Shown: in pieces, positions 1 through 10,345 of the stretch
Layout of the letters: the number at the start of each line of letters is the position of its first letter
Position numbering within the stretch: position 1 is the first letter of the stretch
Assembly: GCA_030647205.1 (NCBI GenBank)
Contig: JAUSJO010000006.1
Location: 11,163-75,162 of the forward strand
Origin: a bacterium
GTDB taxonomy: Bacteria; Patescibacteriota; CPR2; UBA1875; JAJYID01
Direction: 5' to 3'
DNA: 64,000 nt
Translations under genes and position numbers: made by a program
The notes under the pieces: model-generated
Seen by the model: the letters and a program-made list of their open reading frames with translations, nothing else
Told to the model about the DNA's origin: nothing
Databases searched by the model: none

Positions 1-688
<688 letters not shown>

Positions 689-694
689 TTAATT

Positions 695-1042
695 TTAGTT
701 AATATCTATGTATAAATTGCACTCATGACAATGGTAGTCTCCCCCACCTAAATCCTTCATTCTTAATGCAACCTTATCTTTATCCCAACAATGAGGGCAA
801 AATGGCCCCTCCTTTGTTTCTTCTCCATCCTCAACTCTATTGATCCAATAACAACCGTGATCAAATTCTAAACTATTTTTTAACTCTAAATCTTCCTTTA
901 GTTTTCTGTTTTCTTTTTTTAATTCATAATTACTATCCTGCATCTCATTCATCTTTGCTTGCATCTCCAAAACCTGTTGATACAGCTCTATTTTCCCTGC
1001 TTCCTGTAATACTTTTCCGATTGTTTTAATGTCTATTCCCAT
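695..1042 (-). CDS. Hypothetical 115-aa protein with a coiled-coil N-half and a C-terminal CxxC-x16-CxxC zinc-ribbon, inserted between grpE and dnaK
   Basis: ORF track. It has a Cys pattern CPHC...CHEC and a K/E-rich heptad-like region. There is no J-domain HPD motif. Confidence 0.45.
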   Translation of the reverse strand: MGIDIKTIGKVLQEAGKIELYQQVLEMQAKMNEMQDSNYELKKENRKLKEDLELKNSLEFDHGCYWINRVEDGEETKEGPFCPHCWDKDKVALRMKDLGGGDYHCHECNLYIDIN

Positions 1043-1130
1043 TCTTTCTCCTTTTCTTGGCCTTTTGACCAGTTAATTTGTTTCCGTAATAATATACGCT
1101 AAAACGCCAAGAATTTTTCTAAAAAAGTTG

Positions 1131-1646
1131 CTATTTTGCCAATTTTACCTTGGCATACCTTAAAACCTTATCTTTATATATGTATCCGGGTTCGTATTCT
1201 TCTATAATCTCATTCGACTTCTTGCCTTTTGCCGGTTCCATGTGAATGGCTTCGTGCAGATTCGGGTCAAACATTTGCCCAACAGTTGGAATTCGGTTAA
1301 TCCCCATCTCATTCATCTTCGCTACGAACTGCTTCTCTACCGCTAGCATCCCTTGCGCCCATTCATTGCCCTCCAGTTCCTTCGGGAAATGGTTCCGCGC
1401 CCGTTCAAAGTTATCAAATACTTCAAGCAAATCTTTAATCGTCTCTAGCTTACCGTAATCAATCAGCTCCGCCTTCTCCTTCTCTACACGTTGTCTGTAA
1501 TTTATAAAGTCGGCCTGCGCCCGCTGAAGCATTTCTTTCAAGGCATTATTCTCTGCCTGAAGTTCCCCGGTTTTGTCATTCCCGTGAAGACGGGAATCCA
1601 GTCGGTCTTCCTTCTTGCCTTTATCTTTCTTATTTTTTTCCTTCAT
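1131..1646 (-). CDS. grpE: Nucleotide exchange factor GrpE
   Basis: 171-aa ORF with the typical GrpE layout: a long charged coiled-coil N-region, then a conserved C-terminal beta-region. It sits in the hrcA-grpE-dnaK order. Confidence 0.8.
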   Translation of the reverse strand: MKEKNKKDKGKKEDRLDSRLHGNDKTGELQAENNALKEMLQRAQADFINYRQRVEKEKAELIDYGKLETIKDLLEVFDNFERARNHFPKELEGNEWAQGMLAVEKQFVAKMNEMGINRIPTVGQMFDPNLHEAIHMEPAKGKKSNEIIEEYEPGYIYKDKVLRYAKVKLAK

Positions 1647-1706
1647 ACTTTTGTCTCTCTTAATCTATTTAAATTTCTATATCTAACTGTTCTACATTGT
1701 TTGTCT

Positions 1707-1733
1707 GGATTCCCGCCTCCGCGGGAATGACAG
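1707..1733. repeat. 27-bp palindromic hairpin repeat (ggattcccgcc tcc gcgggaatgacag), short member of the TGTCAT-terminated repeat family
   Basis: Reverse complement is ctgtcattcccgcggaggcgggaatcc, identical apart from one base to the copy at 28008-28034. Confidence 0.7.
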
Positions 1734-1745
1734 TGGTGGGGGTTA

Positions 1746-1855
1746 TTTGTCATTTCGACCGACACCACGCTAGTGGCGAGTGGAGAAATCCCTTTCCCTA
1801 TGTCTTTAAGGGATCCCTCGGCTTGTCCTTAGCAGGAAGTCGCTCGGGATGACAG
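1746..1855. repeat. MITE/RPE-like repeat copy A (~110 bp) with terminal inverted repeats TTGTCATTTCG ... CGGGATGACAG
   Basis: Shares tttgtcatttcgaccgac(a/t)(c/t)cacg...gagtggagaaatccctttccct with the copy at 29806-29909. The ends form an imperfect inverted repeat built on TGTCAT. Confidence 0.7.
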
Positions 1856-1864
1856 AACTAATTA

Positions 1865-2575
1865 TTAAACACTCAATTCACTCTCCAACAAATCCCGTGT
1901 TCTAAGTACCAGCGGTATTACCCTCTCATACGACATTCTAGTCGGTCCCAACACTCCGAGATACCCCCTTGTATTCTGAGGCAGCTGGACCCTAGAAACT
2001 ATCAGTGAACATCCGGCTGCTTTTCCTACAGGCGACTCGTTTCCTATTAAAACCATGAAATCCTTGGCTTTAGGCAGTTCCCGCAGTAATCCCTGTAAAT
2101 TATCTATCATATCTGCAACTCTGAGCACCTTATCGTTATCAAAGAATTCGGGTTGGCGAAAGAGATTTGCAAGACCATGAGAATATATCTCCTGACCCAT
2201 GGATGAAATGGCCACATTTCTGGTCATATCGGCAAGTGCCATAGCTGCCATGTCAAATCTGCGTTCAAAGTGCGAATGCATCGCCGCGATTCTACGCTCA
2301 AGGATATCTTCCTCACGCTTTGACACTTCCTTCTCTTCCTTCTGCACCATATCTACGAAGTAGCGGTAGCCCTTCTCAGTCGGAACTCGCCCGGCCGAGG
2401 TATGCGGGTGCATAATATAGCCATTCTCTTCCAGCAAAGCCATCTCAGCACGAATCGTGGCTGACGAGTAAGGAAATGAATACTTCTTCACCAAAGTCAA
2501 AGAACCTACCGGCTCCGCCGTACTCACATACTCTCTAACTATGGCCTCAAGGATAGCCTCACGCCTACTGGTCAT
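1865..2575 (-). CDS. hrcA: Heat-inducible transcription repressor HrcA
   Basis: 236-aa ORF with an N-terminal wHTH ([21 protein letters not shown]) typical of HrcA. It is first in the hrcA-grpE-dnaK operon and a CIRCE element sits upstream. Confidence 0.75.
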   Translation of the reverse strand: MTSRREAILEAIVREYVSTAEPVGSLTLVKKYSFPYSSATIRAEMALLEENGYIMHPHTSAGRVPTEKGYRYFVDMVQKEEKEVSKREEDILERRIAAMHSHFERRFDMAAMALADMTRNVAISSMGQEIYSHGLANLFRQPEFFDNDKVLRVADMIDNLQGLLRELPKAKDFMVLIGNESPVGKAAGCSLIVSRVQLPQNTRGYLGVLGPTRMSYERVIPLVLRTRDLLESELSV

Positions 2576-2697
2576 AAATCGCTCCGTAAATATGGGACTA
2601 GCGGTGATTTATAGTGATTTGTTGTGACTAGTTGTTTGACAATCAATCCCAATTAATCCCTATGAGCCACTACTTAACCCCCGCACCGTGATTGCTA

Positions 2698-2724
2698 TTA
2701 GCACTCTCGGTGTCCGAGTGCCAA
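2698..2724. promoter_or_regulatory. CIRCE operator (HrcA binding site) TTAGCACTC-N9-GAGTGCCAA
   Basis: Matches the CIRCE consensus TTAGCACTC-N9-GAGTGCTAA with one mismatch. It lies about 125 nt upstream of the hrcA start on the minus strand. Confidence 0.8.
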
Positions 2725-2807
2725 ACAAATATACCAAATCCCCAACCGGCTTGTCAAGAGATAATTTGTCTACTTGTTAGAATTTATAAAGAATTTATAA
2801 TTGTTTT

Positions 2808-3800
2808 ATGACTAAAGAAAATTCAAAAAATACCAAGAAAGAGCCATTATCAGTTTGCCTAGCTATATTGGGTAAATTTACATTGCCACCAGGAGTTCAG
2901 ATAATTAAAATCAAGGACTTCGAGATTGATTGCTTAATAAGCTACTCTTTCTCTTCGAATATAACATTTCAGGGTATGAAGTTAGAGCTAGAAACAGCAG
3001 ATTGCACAATTTTTAACCTTGAGCATAAAAACCACACCCAGAATGATCTTAAGCGAGTTATAAATACAGAAAAAATACTAGAGAAATCTCTTATGGCAGT
3101 CAGTGAGTTAGCACTTTGGTCAAAAGCAAAAGATTCTGCTCAAAAAATCACTCCTTACATAAGGCAGGTTGGAAGAGCCGATGTTAAATATTTTTTTACA
3201 ACAACCATGGATAGAGAATTAATCCTCTGGAAAAACGAACTATATTGGCAAAATATAGCTGGTATGCAATTATTGAGTGGCTTCCTCGGTAATATGGTAG
3301 TTACTAACGGACCCTCCACTAGCCCTCTGCCTTCTTCAACGCGGCGAATCTTAGGATCGCTAGATTTAATAAATCTAGGATTCTACTCCGAGTCATTTAT
3401 AACATCTTTTGCATTATTAGATGATTTACTGCAGGAAACTATAAAAGCCGGTTTGAAAAAGAAGAAGATGAGCAAGGATGAACAGGAAGCTTTGATACGG
3501 GGCATAAAAGAAAATAGATTAGCAATTTTTCTGAGCAGTGTTTTAAAGCTTTGTGGGTGGGTTAGCCTCGAAGAAGAGAATAAAGAATTATTTGCTCAAT
3601 TGAAGAAAGTTAATACAATACGTAATAATATTATGCATGGCTCCGCTCTTCTATCGAGAGAGGATGCATTAAAAAGCATTGGAACAATCTTGGATGTTAT
3701 CTTATTTTTAAAATCAAACCCCTTTGATTACATAATTGAAGATTTTCCCCCTCTAAATATCATTCAGCCAAAATTTTATAAAATTCCTAAAAGTAAATAA
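2808..3800 (+). CDS. Hypothetical 330-aa protein in an AT-rich islet, with a C-terminal HEPN-like motif (TIRNNIMHG = R-x4-H-G); possible Abi/defence-type RNase
   Basis: ORF track. GC content is visibly lower than in the flanking genes. There is an Rx4HG motif near the C-terminus. I recognise no other domain. Confidence 0.5.
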   Translation: MTKENSKNTKKEPLSVCLAILGKFTLPPGVQIIKIKDFEIDCLISYSFSSNITFQGMKLELETADCTIFNLEHKNHTQNDLKRVINTEKILEKSLMAVSELALWSKAKDSAQKITPYIRQVGRADVKYFFTTTMDRELILWKNELYWQNIAGMQLLSGFLGNMVVTNGPSTSPLPSSTRRILGSLDLINLGFYSESFITSFALLDDLLQETIKAGLKKKKMSKDEQEALIRGIKENRLAIFLSSVLKLCGWVSLEEENKELFAQLKKVNTIRNNIMHGSALLSREDALKSIGTILDVILFLKSNPFDYIIEDFPPLNIIQPKFYKIPKSK

Positions 3801-3882
3801 TCAAAATTAAAACCCCCAAGCACTTAAATTAAGTATTGGACAGGCGCTAATTAAAAACAAAGCAAAAGGGTTCTATTTTTGG

Positions 3883-4257
3883 CTAGTTTTCTAGAACATC
3901 TTGCATCGGGCCGAAGTAGTAGTCATCCCAGCCGGCGTCGATATCGGTAACTTCATCCTCCGGCACATCGGTTTGTGAGAAATTTATAGTGGTTTTCCCG
4001 CATCTTGTACTGAGCTCAAAAGTAACCTTTGAAGGCTTATCCCATTTCCCGCCATACCAGTCTTGAACCAGCTTCTTTTCTGGAATTACCTCTGTGTTTT
4101 TACCATAAATGTCCCCGCCCCAGAGAGAGAACTCTGTTCCAACCTGATCATCCATTATAGCCGGGCTTCCGCTCCACTCTTTGATAACTTGCGGATCAAC
4201 CAGCGCCTTCCAGACTTCGCCTATCGGCGCATTGTATTTATACTGTTTTGTAATCAT
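3883..4257 (-). CDS. SRPBCC superfamily protein (AHSA1/Aha1-like START domain)
   Basis: 124 aa. The pattern ...VWKALVDPQVIKEWSG...W..... is typical of the activator-of-Hsp90-ATPase homologue / polyketide-cyclase-like fold. Confidence 0.65.
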   Translation of the reverse strand: MITKQYKYNAPIGEVWKALVDPQVIKEWSGSPAIMDDQVGTEFSLWGGDIYGKNTEVIPEKKLVQDWYGGKWDKPSKVTFELSTRCGKTTINFSQTDVPEDEVTDIDAGWDDYYFGPMQDVLEN

Positions 4258-4365
4258 AGATCTATATTATATATAAAAAAGCAGCTTAACACTGTGCAAC
4301 TTAACAAAAATACCATGACAAAAGGGCGCCGATACGGCGCCCCCTCTTTGCTACCCTCTAGCCAG

Positions 4366-4839
4366 TTAAATCTTCAACTGGCCCTCTTCAACCTCTTTCT
4401 CAAGCCACTGCTGGCCGGGATCGAGGTTTTTGTATCTCATTTCCTCCCGGTCCAGCTCTTCCATGAGCCGATCCAGTTCTTCCAGAGAAGGACTGGGATA
4501 ATCCAGGTCTGGAATCTTCAGCCCCTCCGGAGGCAGAGGTGCATCAGGAGGCAGATCTTCCGAACCCGAAGGATCGAAAAGCCCCGTCGGAGGATAAGAC
4601 ATCTCTGGCATTGGAGGCTCCGATAGCGCTATGTCTCCGGGGTCGTCCAACGACCTCATGAAATCGATGCCTTCATCGTACCCATCGATGTGGCCAAGCG
4701 CATATGCCCCAAAGAGGCACATGAAGGCAACGAAAGTGAAAGAAACCACCAATGTTATCTTGTCCACAAGGCTAAATTTTTCGTTGTCTGTCAATGTTAT
4801 CTTATCTACAGGGCTCGATTTTTCGTTGTCTGTTTCCAA
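4366..4839 (-). CDS. Hypothetical membrane-anchored Pro/Asp/Glu-rich protein; the N-terminal region is encoded by a 42-bp tandem duplication
   Basis: ORF track. One TM segment (VVSFTFVAFMCLFGAYALG) and an acidic proline-rich tail. Tandem repeat at 4754-4837. Confidence 0.4.
   Translation of the reverse strand: METDNEKSSPVDKITLTDNEKFSLVDKITLVVSFTFVAFMCLFGAYALGHIDGYDEGIDFMRSLDDPGDIALSEPPMPEMSYPPTGLFDPSGSEDLPPDAPLPPEGLKIPDLDYPSPSLEELDRLMEELDREEMRYKNLDPGQQWLEKEVEEGQLKI
4754..4837. repeat. Two tandem copies of a 42-bp unit (gttatctt[g/a]tc[c/t]aca[a/g]ggct[a/c][a/g]atttttcgttgtctgt...)
   Basis: Direct reading of the sequence. It encodes the duplicated peptide ...SPVDKITLT / ...SLVDKITLV... Confidence 0.7.
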
Positions 4840-5048
4840 CTAATCCCCTTCCATAGTTTTGCATTATCAAAGATAACCTGAAAACTGACTATATTTTCGC
4901 CTCGATACTTAAGAGGGTTATTCAAGGTTCATGGCGGATATTATACATCAGATACTCGCTTTTGTCAATGGTTTTACGCATATGCTATTTGTATAATAGC
5001 CCAAACTCCCTTAACTCATAGCTCAATTTAGTGTAAAATGTACTGGCT

Positions 5049-6281
5049 ATGCAAGGAAAAAATATTTTGGTTATAGGCGGAGGAGCTTCAGGAATGATGG
5101 CGGCCATATCGGCGCTTGAAAACGGGGCTTCGGTTACTATTGCCGAAAAAGAAAACCGCCTTGGCAAGAAAGTGCTAGTTACGGGAAATGGCCGTTGCAA
5201 CGTGACAAATATGAATATCACGGCCGAAAACTATCATGGGGCAAATCCCCTTCTCACAAACAACATCTTCGCCCAGTTTGATAATAAACAAACTATCAGC
5301 TTTTTTAATAATCTTGGCGTGGTCACAAAGGTCGAGGAAAGAGGCCGGGTATTTCCTATGTCCGACCAAGCTTCGAGTGTTGTCGATATCCTCACCCACC
5401 GCCTGAAAGATCTCGGGGCAAAAATAATTTATGAAACAAAAGTTGAGGATATAAAAAAGATAGGTGACGAATTCAAAGTTAGATTTAGCAACAATACGGA
5501 AGCAGCTTTTGATAGAGTCGTCATCGCGGCCGGTGGAAAAGCAATGCCGGCCTTAGGCTCTGACGGGTCCGGATATACGTTGTCCGAATCTCTCGGTCAC
5601 ACAGTAACTCCCACTTGGCCTTCGCTAGTCCAGCTGCGACTGGAAGGAGGTTTCTTTAATGAAATAAAAGGCGTGAAAATAGATGGCTCTGCAGCCTTGG
5701 TGGCTAACGATAAGGCTGTCGCAAAGGAATCCGGAGAAATTCTTTTTACTCACTACGGCGTGTCCGGTCCGGCCATTTTGAAGCTAAGCCGGAAAGCTAA
5801 AGAGCACATTGTAGCCGGTGAAAAAGTTACCTTAAGGCTAACACTTCTGAATGGGCTTGATGAAGAAAAATTAGATAAATTCCTTGCAGATAGATTTAAC
5901 ATGCTACATAAAAAAGCAATAAAAACCAGCTTCCTAGGATTCCTGCAAAAACGCCTGATTCCAGAAGTCTTGAAGGCTGCGCAAATAGAAAATGCCGATA
6001 AAAAATGTGCTGAAATATCTGCAAATGAAAGAAAAAATATTGTCAAAACTCTCTTAGCCTGGGATTTTCCGGTCATAGATACCAACTCGTTCAAAGATGC
6101 TCAGGTAACAGCAGGCGGTGTAAATACAAATGAAGTTGACGCCAAAACATTAGAGTCAAAGATAGTCCCCGGTTTGTACTTCTGCGGAGAAGTTCTCGAC
6201 ATCGACGGTGACTCCGGCGGATATAACCTGCAATTTGCATGGTCCAGCGGATATATTGCCGGCAGAAGCGCGACAAAATAG
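5049..6281 (+). CDS. NAD(P)/FAD-dependent oxidoreductase, HI0933/BaiN (aminoacetone oxidase-like) flavoprotein family
   Basis: N-terminal Rossmann motif ILVIGGGASGMMAA and overall length and architecture (~410 aa) fit the HI0933 family (TIGR00275-like). Confidence 0.75.
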   Translation: MQGKNILVIGGGASGMMAAISALENGASVTIAEKENRLGKKVLVTGNGRCNVTNMNITAENYHGANPLLTNNIFAQFDNKQTISFFNNLGVVTKVEERGRVFPMSDQASSVVDILTHRLKDLGAKIIYETKVEDIKKIGDEFKVRFSNNTEAAFDRVVIAAGGKAMPALGSDGSGYTLSESLGHTVTPTWPSLVQLRLEGGFFNEIKGVKIDGSAALVANDKAVAKESGEILFTHYGVSGPAILKLSRKAKEHIVAGEKVTLRLTLLNGLDEEKLDKFLADRFNMLHKKAIKTSFLGFLQKRLIPEVLKAAQIENADKKCAEISANERKNIVKTLLAWDFPVIDTNSFKDAQVTAGGVNTNEVDAKTLESKIVPGLYFCGEVLDIDGDSGGYNLQFAWSSGYIAGRSATK

Positions 6282-6947
6282 CTAAAGATATTTGACCGCA
6301 TCAAGCCAGCCGGAAAGTTCAGACTGGTTTTGGACATAACCTCGGTAATCTATAGCCGTGCCTTTATGAATTCCCAAATGCAGATGCTTTCGTTCTCCTG
6401 ACGAATATTCACTATTTGCTGGCGCTAAGATAGCAACTTTATCACTAGCTTTGACCTCCAAGCCTAGAGAAACTTGCGACTGTCTGATATTTATATGTCC
6501 ATACAAGACGGTGACCGGCTGGTTTTTTATCGTGCAATCTTGAACTATTACACCCCCATAACCTTGAACTATTTCTTTAACGCGTATTTTCCCCGTACAG
6601 ACGGCGTAGACCGAAACATCTATACCAGCCTCCACAGAGGTAGTTTCAAAGTCTGTGCCGGTATGATAACCGGCGAACTTTTCCGGCTGGACAGGTGAAG
6701 TTTGAGGAGTAATGTATATACCGAACGGTTTTTTTGTAATTCTCGACTGCGCATCCGTAAGAGGCTGCATGAAGATCGGTTTCGGGGGCTGAGGCTGAAC
6801 TGTGTTTTGCTCTTTCGAAGTTTCACTTGGTTGACTGGGAATCTTCGTTTGTTTTGGATAATTTAAGACAGCAATAAAGGCTACTGCTATCAAGATAATA
6901 ACAATCATGCCAGCTGCAAAAAATTTATTTTTAAAAATATCCTTCAT
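6282..6947 (-). CDS. Membrane-anchored M23 family metallopeptidase (LytM domain)
   Basis: N-terminal TM helix, with HxxxD (YHTGTDF) and HxH (HLHLGIH) zinc-ligand motifs of M23 peptidases. Confidence 0.7.
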   Translation of the reverse strand: MKDIFKNKFFAAGMIVIILIAVAFIAVLNYPKQTKIPSQPSETSKEQNTVQPQPPKPIFMQPLTDAQSRITKKPFGIYITPQTSPVQPEKFAGYHTGTDFETTSVEAGIDVSVYAVCTGKIRVKEIVQGYGGVIVQDCTIKNQPVTVLYGHINIRQSQVSLGLEVKASDKVAILAPANSEYSSGERKHLHLGIHKGTAIDYRGYVQNQSELSGWLDAVKYL

Positions 6948-7057
6948 ACTTACTTATTCTACAATAGTTTGAATATTAAATTTCAGGCAAAAATACAAAA
7001 AAAGCCGGCGGGCTTTCCGAAATGAATCGGAAAATCCCGCCGCTAGTGCCATATTTT

Positions 7058-8206
7058 TTAGCCCATGGCTTGAGCCTTTCCTTCTGCTTCTGCCTCCGCT
7101 TCTTCGTACTCCCTTTCGAGAGTCATCATCAGTTCATGTACGGAGATAATCTCCGTTGCGCGCCAGGCGTTGACTCCTGCAAAAGCAAAACCATGCTTGA
7201 ACTTCCCCTTTTGCGCGCTTATTAGCACTGAAAAAATGCAGTAGGGACCTTTGTCTTGCTTGCAAGTCTTGACGCAGTGGACGGGGCAGACATCGGGGCT
7301 CGTCTTGACCTCCGGGTCGTTTATCTTGTCTACAAACTCGTTGCGGACTACCCGTCCATACATCCCCACGGGACTCAAGGTTAGTACAATATCCTCCTCT
7401 TTAGTATCTATATAGGTTTGGGGAAATCTTTCATTTGCGTCACATTCCTTGGTGGTAACAAAACGCGTGCCCATCTGAACACCGCTGGCTCCAGCACGCA
7501 TGATCCTTGAAATGTCCTCACCACTCCAGATACCACCTGCAGCGAAGACTGGGATGTTGATACTATTTCTGTCAATCCCGTATTCATCACAAAAAGAATC
7601 AATCGCCCCAAGTACTTCCACGACAAGTTTGTCCAAGGCATACTCTGGATTATCCTTCGGATCTGGATACTCCTCTGACGGCTTAAAGCCAATATGCCCA
7701 CCTGCCATCGGCCCTTCCACGACAAAGGCGTCAGGAAGACGCTCGTCGTGATGTCTCCACCAACTCTTCATGATAAGCCTCGCTACACGTCCAGACGACA
7801 CAATCGGTATCAACGCCGTATGACTGTTGTCGCCCGCAAGTTCTGGCAAGTCTAGTGGAAGTCCGGCCCCGGCAATGATGAAATCGATGCCTTCATCAAT
7901 ACCTGTTTTGACCATATCAGCATAGTTTGACAGTGCTACCATTACATTGATGCCGATCTTACCTTTCGTAAGCTTACGCGCTTTGCGTATCTCCTTCCTG
8001 AGCGCACGGATACTAGCCTCAGTGTAGTTAGAACGGAAATCCGGTTCATTAAAGGCAATGGCGGCAGCGGCAATCACACCGATACCTCCCTCGTTGGCAA
8101 CCGCAGAAGCAAGCCCAGAGAGAGAAATGCCAACACCCATACCTCCTTGAATAAGCGCCTTCTTGACCTTGTGCTTTCTTACTTGGACTTCGGGTATTCC
8201 AGTCAC
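7058..8206 (-). CDS. NAD(P)H-dependent flavin oxidoreductase, nitronate monooxygenase / enoyl-ACP reductase II (FabK)-like family
   Basis: The GGMGVGIS...GIGVIAAAA FMN-binding TIM-barrel signature is typical of the NMO/FabK family. 382 aa. Confidence 0.7.
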   Translation of the reverse strand: MTGIPEVQVRKHKVKKALIQGGMGVGISLSGLASAVANEGGIGVIAAAAIAFNEPDFRSNYTEASIRALRKEIRKARKLTKGKIGINVMVALSNYADMVKTGIDEGIDFIIAGAGLPLDLPELAGDNSHTALIPIVSSGRVARLIMKSWWRHHDERLPDAFVVEGPMAGGHIGFKPSEEYPDPKDNPEYALDKLVVEVLGAIDSFCDEYGIDRNSINIPVFAAGGIWSGEDISRIMRAGASGVQMGTRFVTTKECDANERFPQTYIDTKEEDIVLTLSPVGMYGRVVRNEFVDKINDPEVKTSPDVCPVHCVKTCKQDKGPYCIFSVLISAQKGKFKHGFAFAGVNAWRATEIISVHELMMTLEREYEEAEAEAEGKAQAMG

Positions 8207-8355
8207 TAGAATCAGCTCCTCATACTTTGTGAAGGAAACATTGGAAAATATTTATCAATGAGCTCGCACTCATTCAAAAGAATTGTGCAAAAAAATAGCT
8301 GAAAGCAAACCCTCAGCAAGTTGTATTATACATTAAACTATAAAAAATGGAAGCT

Positions 8356-9594
8356 CTAGTCCTTAGTCAGCTGCTCTATGACTTTCAACTCATCGCGAAG
8401 AAGCCGTGGCAAAAGGAAATTTTGCCGGACAACTTCTCTGCCTTTTTTGCCCATTTCATGAGCAATATCTTTATTTTGAATCAAATAAACTATTTTTTCA
8501 GCGCACTCTTCCTTTGAGTTAACTAAAAATCCGGTCTTGCCGTCTTCAATCTGCGTTGGTATCCCGCCGACATTACCACCAATCACAGGAGTTTCCTTCC
8601 AGAGAGCCTCCGAGACGGTCAAACCAAAGCCTTCTTTTGTAGACTTCTGCATAATAACATCAGAGTAAGTCTGGAAAGCATTCACCTCCAGGTCGTGTAC
8701 CCCGTCTTGGTTTGACAACAAAAAGATATCTTTATCACCGCTTGCATGTCTTTTGACTTCTTTAAATATTTGTTCTCCTTCCGGGTCATCATCCGCCATA
8801 GATCCAATCATAACCAGCTGTAGATTTGGAACCTTTGCTTTAGCTATTTTGTAAGATTCAACCACGCCAATCGGGTCTTTCCACGGATCAAAACGAGAAA
8901 CTTGGGTAGCTATCGGTCGAGTCGTGTCTACGCCAAACCTTTCGACTATTTTCTTTGCTTCTTTGCGGTTCATCAGCCTGTTTTTCTCACTAAGCGCATC
9001 TATCGCCGGCGGAATTATGAATATATTTTTATCCATCCCCTTTAATACGTAATCTGCCATTGTAAATATAGAAGCATCATACATATCAAGAAATTTCAAG
9101 AAGTAGTCGGCCACTTTCTGGTTCGGCTCCGACGTATCTATGTGGCACCTCCAAACCCACTTGGCGCCGTTTTTGCCGATACAGTTTATGATCTCAGCAG
9201 GCTGCGGATCGTGGATAAAGAAGACGTCATAGTCGCTCGGGTTTATTTGTTTAATCTGGTCAATGTTGCAGCTTGAGTAGACCTGCCACTCTTTGTCGGA
9301 GATTGTCAAAGGATTGCCTTGGAGCGCATTATGTATTTTTTTTGTAACATCAAAGAATGCCGGGTAAGCCGATATGGTTTTCCAATCAAATTTAAGATCT
9401 AAACTTTTTGCAAGAGGAATTTCCTTTTGAAGTATCTCTGCCACACCTCCGCCATAAGAGGTTGCGTTCACATGGCAGACCCTCACGTCACGAAGTTTTT
9501 GTGCAAGCTCATGAATCTCATCAAAAAGAGAGTCGTCGATGACTCCTTTGTAATCTTCTATAACAACGCTTGGTTTTGTTACAACACTTATCAT
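8356..9594 (-). CDS. GT4-family glycosyltransferase, possibly trehalose synthase (TreT)-like
   Basis: 412 aa. C-terminal GT-B motifs (EGFGLTVSEAL...PVIGGNVGGIP...DGKTGFLV) match the GT4 E-x7-E region. Length and N-half resemble TreT-like enzymes. The specific function is inferred only. Confidence 0.6.
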   Translation of the reverse strand: MISVVTKPSVVIEDYKGVIDDSLFDEIHELAQKLRDVRVCHVNATSYGGGVAEILQKEIPLAKSLDLKFDWKTISAYPAFFDVTKKIHNALQGNPLTISDKEWQVYSSCNIDQIKQINPSDYDVFFIHDPQPAEIINCIGKNGAKWVWRCHIDTSEPNQKVADYFLKFLDMYDASIFTMADYVLKGMDKNIFIIPPAIDALSEKNRLMNRKEAKKIVERFGVDTTRPIATQVSRFDPWKDPIGVVESYKIAKAKVPNLQLVMIGSMADDDPEGEQIFKEVKRHASGDKDIFLLSNQDGVHDLEVNAFQTYSDVIMQKSTKEGFGLTVSEALWKETPVIGGNVGGIPTQIEDGKTGFLVNSKEECAEKIVYLIQNKDIAHEMGKKGREVVRQNFLLPRLLRDELKVIEQLTKD

Positions 9595-9705
9595 ATTTTC
9601 AGTATAACAAATTCAAAATGCTTAGCAAGAACTGTATTTTTAAATGCAAAAAGGAGAGCTGACTGTATCTAAAAAGATTTTCTGAAATCTCTCCCTCTTT
9701 TCCGC

Positions 9706-10257
9706 TTACAATAGGGATTTAAGAACAAGTTCCTGTTCTTTCCAATCCTTGAACTCGACGCGTTCGCAGTTGTCAGGAAGCTGATCCTTGAAACGCTCAG
9801 GTATATTTCCGTTAACCCAAAGGTTGTCGGTAACGATATACTGCCTCATCTTTTTATCGATGCGACGAAAGATGTGAGTGTCACCACCCAAACCTTTGAA
9901 GCGCTTTGGACCATCGGTTTTTCCTCCATCGATATACTGTTTTCCATCGATACGGATTGACCATGGTTCATCTTTGAACGTGATCCGTTCGGTCCAGTAG
10001 TCGCAAGTGTGACAGAGCCCAGACTCCCATCTTTCGATGCGATCCTCAGCCCAAAGTCCACGAACATTCTCGACCTTACCGCAGACCTTACAAGTAATGA
10101 AATCGTCTCCGATTTCCTTTGAGATCTCGCTAATACGATCCCTAGCCGCACTGGCTATCTGTCGTTCCTGCGAGTACTTGTAGCTGCCAATGGCACTCCT
10201 TTCCTTATCTCTGAAGTCACGAACAACCTTAGCATACTTTTCCCGTAAGCCTTTCAT
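9706..10257 (-). CDS. Hypothetical protein with CxxC...CxxC zinc-ribbon
   Basis: ORF track. CKVCGK...CHTCDYW. No recognisable family. Confidence 0.45.
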   Translation of the reverse strand: MKGLREKYAKVVRDFRDKERSAIGSYKYSQERQIASAARDRISEISKEIGDDFITCKVCGKVENVRGLWAEDRIERWESGLCHTCDYWTERITFKDEPWSIRIDGKQYIDGGKTDGPKRFKGLGGDTHIFRRIDKKMRQYIVTDNLWVNGNIPERFKDQLPDNCERVEFKDWKEQELVLKSLL

Positions 10258-10345
10258 TTTTCCCCTTTCGTAGGGTTTTCCAAGGTTCTAGTAACATAAT
10301 AACAAATCGTAAGTGTCTTGTCAACACTTTCTTTTAAAATAAAAA

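Noticed and set aside
4063-4626. 187-aa plus-strand ORF
   Set aside because: Overlaps the better-supported minus-strand SRPBCC and membrane-protein genes. Arg-rich tail typical of antisense translation.
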